Assembly (NCBI GenBank): GCA_051362555.1
Contig: CM120643.1
Location: forward strand, 20,340,848 to 20,404,847
Source: Lingula anatina
Taxonomy: Eukaryota; Animalia; Brachiopoda
Reading direction: 5' to 3'
DNA: 64,000 nucleotides
Positions 49,601 through 64,000 of the stretch are shown here, piece by piece (the first letter of the stretch is position 1; every line of letters starts with the position of its first letter). The notes under the pieces are model-generated. The model was not told the origin of the DNA. It worked only from the letters and a program-made list of their open reading frames with translations, and searched no databases. The position numbers and the translations under genes were made by a program.

Positions 49601-51715
49601 AAAATCTACCTGTGCGTTAGTTACAAAGCGCAGCTCCCGTAGACCTGGGGGTACTAGATAAAATCTGAACACCAGGTTTGTCGAGGAGCTAGAGAAAGAA
49701 AGGAAGAATTTTCCTGCACAACTTCATAGGAATTTTAACATGGATTTGATCCAGCTTAGACCTCCAAACTAACAGGGTGACATGGGCAATTTTCACAAAC
49801 AAATCATAAAACTATATTTCAGTTAACCGCCTTTAAAATAAATATACCGTTCTGGGTAAATTAAAATAGTTATTAAATCGCAAGAATATTTTTGACTTAA
49901 ATGATGATTTTATTATTAATGGAAATTAAGCTACTATATGAGGTACATTTGCTGTGATTACGCTGTCCTTCATGTTTTGCGTAAGTCTACATTTTGCTGT
50001 ATGTGCTTGTAATCTTTTTAAATATGTGCGTACAATTTTTGCAGGTCTGGTTACCCCCCTGTTATGTGATGAGAGTATTAATTTTGCAATTAGTTCCTTA
50101 GCTTATTTGAATAGAATTGCAGTGTAAAATTTTCAACAAGATGTTGGCGAAATAGCCCATTACTCTTTGTAGGTATTTCCCCCGTCAAAGTTTGTCTAAA
50201 ATTATCTTTCAATCTTTACCCTTTCAAAGACAGTATAAAGTTACCTGACATATTTTCGTGTAAACTTAATGACAAGCCAAGTGTCTCCAGTTCATTCCGT
50301 ACTCAATTTTACCCAAGCAATTTTTTTTCTTGAGTAGATCTTTATAGCACGGTGTTATAAGCTTACAAATTTGCAAAAAAAAAAAAAAAAAAAAAATTGC
50401 GTACTGACGCAGAATTTGCGTTTCAAGTTATAAAATGATCAATCTTTTAAATTATTTAATATTTCAGATGAAATAATCTTCAGATACAAATCCTCAAAAC
50501 ATAAACGAATTAGGATAACGAACCATTTTATTATAGCAGTTCCCATTTTTTCTTTAATATAACGCTCTTTTTCCTGTTTTTCCTCAACACGTTTTCTTCC
50601 ACGGAAGCTTCAAGTTACCCTGAGAGCAATTTCTTTTATTAATGTTCGCGACCGTGTTTGAACTTAATTGTTTAAGTATTGATATTTAACGTCATTTACA
50701 AATACCAATAAAATAACCCCATGAAATAAAGGAGATATATTGAAAAATATGAAAGCCCACCAAGACGAGTTTCATACCTGTTATTACCTGGCTTGGGAAT
50801 TGCAGCGGTGCATAATTAACAGGTTTGTTGTAAACGAGCTTTTGGTCAACTACAATGCATTTAAAATGCATCAGCAATCAGTAAGTTTGCCAACTGATGA
50901 CAGTTAATCTGAAAGACTACCAGCTCTTGATATGATCTAAACCACCTGAGGTGACCATGATCTAGAGCATCGCAACTATTGTCACCGAAGTTAGTAAGTA
51001 AGTCACGGAAGACCGTCACAGACAAAGAAAGATTGTCAACGAGAGCTGCAATTTTGGTGAATCCCACGGCAACACACCGAGGCATAACGAAAATTCCTCA
51101 ACTCCGTTCAACACAACTTTCATTAACTTCTCCGTCTGTATGCACCATGGAGCTCAGTTGAGTCTCATAGACCTTTATCGTGATTGTCGTCACAGTACCA
51201 CGTGACCAAGATCTGTTGCTTCATTTTTGCATATTGAGGTGAGGTTTACTAAAACGCTTTTTTTCTACTAATAGATTGTTTTTATAATTTTTAAATGGCG
51301 GGGATCGATTAAAACATACCTCTAGTGTATAGATTGAGTGCTGTATCTTCAAAATTCGAGAAATGAATTTTTACATGAACATTGTCCTTTAAGTCTTGGT
51401 GGGTTAGCACTCATGTTGAGAAGTTTTCAAATATTTCAATATTTAAAAAAATATCTGATGTTGGTTTAACCTTATGAAAAGCACAATTTCTTTCAATATT
51501 TCATTTCAATTAAAATTATTTTAAATTAATTTTAATAAAAATGGAAATAAATGAAATTAAACAACTTCTCATTTTAGCTGGGTAAAGTGAACACAGTGAC
51601 AATTGTGGCTTGGTTGAAAGAAAGAGGCATACCCTGCAAAACTAAAGACAAGAAAGGAGACCTTGTTGATAAAGTGAGATCTACACTGCACCTGGAAGTG
51701 TGTACCACCAACTGA
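43307..51715 (+). CDS. C18orf63: C18orf63 homologue (DUF4708-type N-terminal domain, low-complexity middle, SAP-like C-terminal motif)
   Basis: Exons 43307-43458, 43833-43911, 44431-44487, 44920-45031, 45311-45352, 45532-45608, 45866-45975, 46254-46350, 46617-46699, 47027-47207, 47509-48405, 48663-48758 and 51578-51715 join in frame. Motifs LCAV, IAPNWNKVGEWLVQGRDFL, WFYVLPSMKKG, HWKNMHGYRLP, FTYPSCCLR and SFLQDLQAKMPRICG match my recollection of C18orf63 proteins. Confidence 0.88.
46700..47026 (+). other. U12-type (minor spliceosome)-like GT-AG intron in C18orf63
   Basis: 5' site GTATCTTTT, branch-like TTCTTTAAA at 47004-47012, AAG acceptor without a polypyrimidine tract; the join restores FT|YP. 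Confidence 0.65.
48918..51388 (-). mobile_element. TTAA-flanked non-autonomous DNA transposon (Kolobok-like) in the last intron of C18orf63
   Basis: ttaa|agggtttgcttcatg ... catgaacattgtcct|ttaa; sub-terminal inverted repeat ggtcacgtggtccaatgacgacaatc (~49085) / gattgtcgtcacagtaccacgtgacc (~51182); THAP-like start MPRCVAVG at 51085(-). Confidence 0.7.
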
Positions 51716-52770
51716 ACAACTATCTATACAATATTTCAGGAAGCCATGCAGTTTAGTTGCAGATTTTCTAAACATTGCATTTAATCTAGCATTAGCTTTG
51801 TATGATAACAAGGTGGTGTAAAAGATTCCTTAAAACATTGTTCTCTATAAGATGGATTATTTAAATATTTCAAAAATTTTCTTTGACATGCCTGCAATTG
51901 ATTTAAAGATGTTGCTGTTTAATTGTTATTATAAATTTATTTACAGGTTTGGCAGAGATGTCCACTAGTTTAAAAATAAAATATGTTCAGCAAAATGACT
52001 ATCAGAAAAAGTCTCTCTGTAAGCAACATTTATTCTCTTTCAATAAATAATTGATCTTGCAGTAAAATGTAAAATATTATTAATCTGCAGTGTGGTGAAT
52101 ATACTCCTCTATTAACAATCATTTTGCAATAAATCCTCTTCGCTATCATGACATTTACTTATTTACATTATCTTCATATTCATGCACATACAGCTTTTTA
52201 TTTGCTTACACTTGATACATCTTTTGGCCAAAATGGATATTGCCATAAAAAATTCAAATAAAATAACATGCACTGTGCAGTTAATTGTTAATAATGATTA
52301 CATCAATTTATGAACCTCTTTCTTCAATGTCTGACATGATTATGCTGAAATCATCAAACTTATTTAGGACAGTACATGTATACATTTTAATTAGTTATAA
52401 GGATTTTACTTCTTCCTAGTCGGCACATATCCCAATCTAATTTTCTACATATTCTGACAGATAAAATGACTAAATAAGGCTGACCACATAAAATGTTCTT
52501 TGCACAGGAAAATCTCGTTTCTTTGTTTCAGTTCATCTGATATAGAATTCCTTAATAAAATCATGATATCAAATATCACAGAGCAAATATACAAAAATAT
52601 TTCACTCACTAACACAAAAATCTCACTGCAACTTCCATCACACTATCTAAAAAATGAAAAAAAAAATGTTAACAAAAGGTGTATAAGAGAAGCACTGCTT
52701 CCACCAATATTGTAAAATTAATGCAACATTGCAAAATACAAACTGGAACCATTGAAAAAGAAGATACAGG

Positions 52771-52840
52771 AGTTTCTTTAGGTCTTCATTCACAGTCAGT
52801 ATATAGGCTTTGAACATGTGGGAGAATTAAGTGCATCACT
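52771..52840 (-). pseudogene. Truncated, frameshifted exon 12B of VPS4 copy 2 (edge of the duplication)
   Basis: Reads SDALNSPTCSKPIY* because of a small insertion; homology to copy 1 ends at ~52771, before DFGSEG. Confidence 0.85.
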
Positions 52841-54502
52841 CTGGTGGGTGAAAAAAAAAAGTAAAATGCCATCTTGACAACAGTGACATGCAATATCATT
52901 TTAAGGCATTTTGTCCATTTTTTACTATAGTTGTTGAAATGTGAAAGAATATGTAAAAATGACTTTGAACCTTTGTTTCTATAATTATATGGTCACCACT
53001 AAAGCAGATAATACAAATTTTGTCTGGAATATTTTCCCCAATTTAATTCATTAATTAAAGGAGTGGTTTGGACCCCCCTGCAAGAGGCTAGTTTTCACAT
53101 CACTCATTTGTGCAAATTTTCAATTTTTTCTTTACATTGTATGCATCAGTCACATTTATAACATTCTTCAAAATATATATACAAAACACGAAAATATTTA
53201 GAACCAATTTTTTTTTTTATCAACACCAAAGATTCTTTTAATTTAGTAGCAAGCAAGAGGGAAGTTAGATGGATTCTGGGTGAAAAACCAATGGGAGGGG
53301 GAAAGGGTTAGGAATAAACACTAATTCTTATTTTAAACCATGCAATGTAAAGGAGACTGTACAATACAATACAATAGATTTATTTCATTTCAAGAAACAT
53401 TAGCTTTGCAGCTATTCACTGACTGGGTTAGGACATAGTACATTTCTACAAATAATGCAGTATTTACACATTTAGGTTTAGTAAGATAGTAAATAATAAA
53501 TTTTATGAAAAATACACAAATGCTAGACATAATTAAATGTGAAAAACAAACATTTAACATACAAAGCTCAGTAAATAACATTAAATAATGTAAACATGTT
53601 GTATTTATTATTACACACTTTTGCTAAATGCATATAGGTTACACAAGCTACATTTTCATTTGGGTCATACTCCATTAAAACATAGTACCCATGGTGAGCT
53701 TAGCTATCCTAGCATTCAAAACACTATAGCACCCCTTATGCCTGTTGGTGTTAATTGGGAAGCCTTAGAGAAGCTTGAGTTCTTGAGGTATTGAAGGGTT
53801 AACAGAAAAGTAACATGATAAAAGGAGTATTTTGGAATTATTTTAAAAAGAGACAGCAAAATGTTTTTATGCACTAATGCAAAAGTCTTACAAAAATTGG
53901 GTAAAATTCTGCAAAAAATATCACTTTGAGTACATTTTGCAATGTGTAAAGAAAGAGTTTTTTAAAACTTAAAAGATTTGAAATTTATTATCCAAGGTTT
54001 GATCATTTTTTCATTATCTTGTGACTTGTGTAACGTGTCTGCAACTTGTGTAACATGTAACTGCAAATATCAATATGAAAATGATATACTGTTTCTGATC
54101 AAATTATGATTATGTTGTAAAAATAACAAAAAACATAAATCAATCCAAATTACTGGGTGATGAAAAAAAAAAAGAAATGAATATGTCAACTATTCACATG
54201 AAAACTGTTCAGAAATGTCTTTGGGGTAACTAATTTAAAAGCCAAAATTTCCAAAATCTTTGGAGTAATGCTGGTAGAAAAACTTATAATTTTTTTATTA
54301 TTATCATTTTATGACATTATTATTATTATTATTACCAAACTTGCAACCTGAGGGTTGGATAATTACAATCATTGCATCATAGTTGATTAAAACCATTAGT
54401 AAGTAAGAATAAAGGAATATTAAAAGACATATGTAAACAAATTTAGAACAAAATAACTAAAATGCAAGGTTAAAAAATGGGAAATAAAAGTCTATCAGTT
54501 AA

Positions 54503-55036
54503 AGGGGAATACAACTTTCTGGGGACCTAAATTCAATAAAATCCGAACCCCTTTTCTCTCTAGATCTGCCCATCACGTTTTACCCACTGTAAGCGTTAGC
54601 CTAATATAGGGGGGATAATTATCCTGAGGTGACGTCATTACCTGAACTCTCTGACATTGGCCTACACATTACAATGTGGTGTGTAATGCCTTAATTTGCA
54701 CGGGTATGACGTGTTTACCTCCCAAAGAAAGCACTTAATGATACAAAAAATGGAACACATTATCCTGGACTTTCCTGCATTCTGATTATCTAAAATATAT
54801 CTTCCTAGTAGCTTGGACTATTTTTAAACGATGGAATAATACGCTTCAATTCCCAAAATGTTTCGATTCTGTTGATGTAAGCGACCTACGCACATAAGCA
54901 GTAACAGTGCACAGTAGATAATTACCCCCCAAAAATAGGCTTAAGCTTACAGTGGGTAAAATGTGATGGGCAGATCTAGAGAGAAGAGGGGGGCAGATTT
55001 TATTGAATTTAGGTCTCCAGAAAGTTGTATTCCCCT
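54503..55036. mobile_element. MITE with ~100-bp TIRs and TTAA target duplication, nested in the LINE
   Basis: ttaa|aggggaatacaactttctgg...tacccactgtaagc / gcttacagtgggta...ccagaaagttgtattcccct|ttaa. Confidence 0.9.
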
Positions 55037-55204
55037 TTAATTCTGAAACTTGTATATGGCACTTGTTAAAAAGTCACTCACTGATCGTTTGGTTTTAATT
55101 TTAGGTCTTTTGAATGTCTCCTGTTCCCTTAATGATTATTTGACATTTTGTTCTGGTTGTAAAAGATAATGCAGTCTACAATCCGGTTCATTTGATGTAC
55201 TAAT

Positions 55205-55373
55205 CAGGGGCGGATCCAGAGCTATTTACTGACAGTCTTCCAAATTATCTCTGCTGATTCATCCTCCAATTTTGACCGTTTTCCAACAGAAAAAAATTAG
55301 ATACCCGTCAATGTAAACTTGAAAATCTGACCGCCTTCCGGAAGACCCCGAAGACGGCCTAAATCTGCCCCTG
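55205..55373. mobile_element. Small MITE nested in the LINE
   Basis: TIR caggggcggat / atctgcccctg, with ctaat repeated on both flanks. Confidence 0.7.
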
Positions 55374-56138
55374 CTAATAAACAATTTTTTTGCATGCATT
55401 GAGCCATCTTTCACTCAGTAGTTCAAGTTTACTATGTTCACAGCATTCAAGATCAGGATATATTATCTTAAGAGCTCTTTCTTGAGAGTTTTCTACTAGG
55501 GCAGTCAATTCATTCGTTAATCCAAAGTGCCAGACAGGGGCAGCATATTCTAAAACTGGCCTTATGACCATCTGGTAATAATTAAGTTACAAGGTCATCA
55601 GTTGTAAGGCCTGCACGTTTCAGGTGCTATAGGAAATAAATCCTTTTGCTTGCTTTTTTGGTGATTTTGTCTACGTACCTTTCACGTGAGGTCATTAGAG
55701 ATATTAGAGATATATAGAGATATATAGTTATTTTAATGATTCTTCAAATTCAACATGTTTTTTCAATCACAAGCTTAGGGATATCTGCATTCTTGCGTTT
55801 ATATGATATGGCCATTTGTTTGTTTTTTTTCCTGTTTAATCGCATTGTTTGTCGATCCTAGCCCAGTCCCACGTTGTAATTAGCAATTTCCCGTAATTTA
55901 CTTTCATCGAATTGTCTAAGGCTCTCAGAAACTGTTGTGTCATCCATATATACTAGCTTATGGCACAACGATTCAGCAGGAGGTAGATGTAAAATATTTA
56001 TCATCAGATCATAAACACTGACAAAAATTATAAGAACCTTCACAAAGAGATATGCAATCATGATCAATATCAAATTTTATCTATAATAAAGTTTATCAGA
56101 AGAATCTGCATAATCATCCTCATTGGGAGATAGGGCAA

Positions 56139-63909
<7,771 letters not shown>

Positions 63910-64000
63910 CTGGAAAGAGATGTAGAATTAGTAATATACTGTAATAAAAAGCAAGAAAAAATGAAGAACAAATTCTTCATTTACAATTTAGTGCTAAATA

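Larger units (their letters stand above)
54286..56007 (-). mobile_element. 5'-truncated L2/CR1-group LINE remnant inserted in the 3' UTR of VPS4 copy 2 exon 12A
   Basis: RT motifs YMDDTTVSE (~55950) and IRPVLEYAAPVWH...QERALKII (55374-55571); (AAT)n tail near 54295-54333; absent at the paralogous site of copy 1 (~36640-36660). Confidence 0.85.

Overview
AT-rich, intron-containing invertebrate animal genomic DNA (lophotrochozoan or deuterostome invertebrate; the taxon cannot be fixed from sequence alone). Positions 1-18 kb hold no convincing protein-coding gene, only MITEs, an RTE LINE remnant and microsatellites. Positions 18.8-31 kb hold two tandem SLC46 (PCFT/SLC46A3-like) MFS transporter genes separated by a 2.2-kb internally deleted Tc1/mariner element. 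Positions 34.9-42.4 kb (-) hold a canonical 12-exon VPS4 AAA-ATPase gene with two duplicated alternative last exons and a candidate alternative first exon. It lies head-to-head with a C18orf63 homologue (43.3-51.7 kb, +) that contains a U12-like intron. Positions 52.8-64 kb (-) hold a second VPS4 copy with an intact reading frame and splice sites in exons 2-12A, but with substitutions at the Walker B glutamate, the arginine-finger motif and the ESCRT-III-binding MIT leucine. It is a candidate catalytically impaired or dominant-negative ESCRT regulator, or a young pseudogene. Two Helentron/HINE-like elements with ~146-bp internal tandem repeats and several other non-autonomous transposons are also present. 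Exon coordinates were derived by hand from GT/AG sites and frame continuity; no database search was run.
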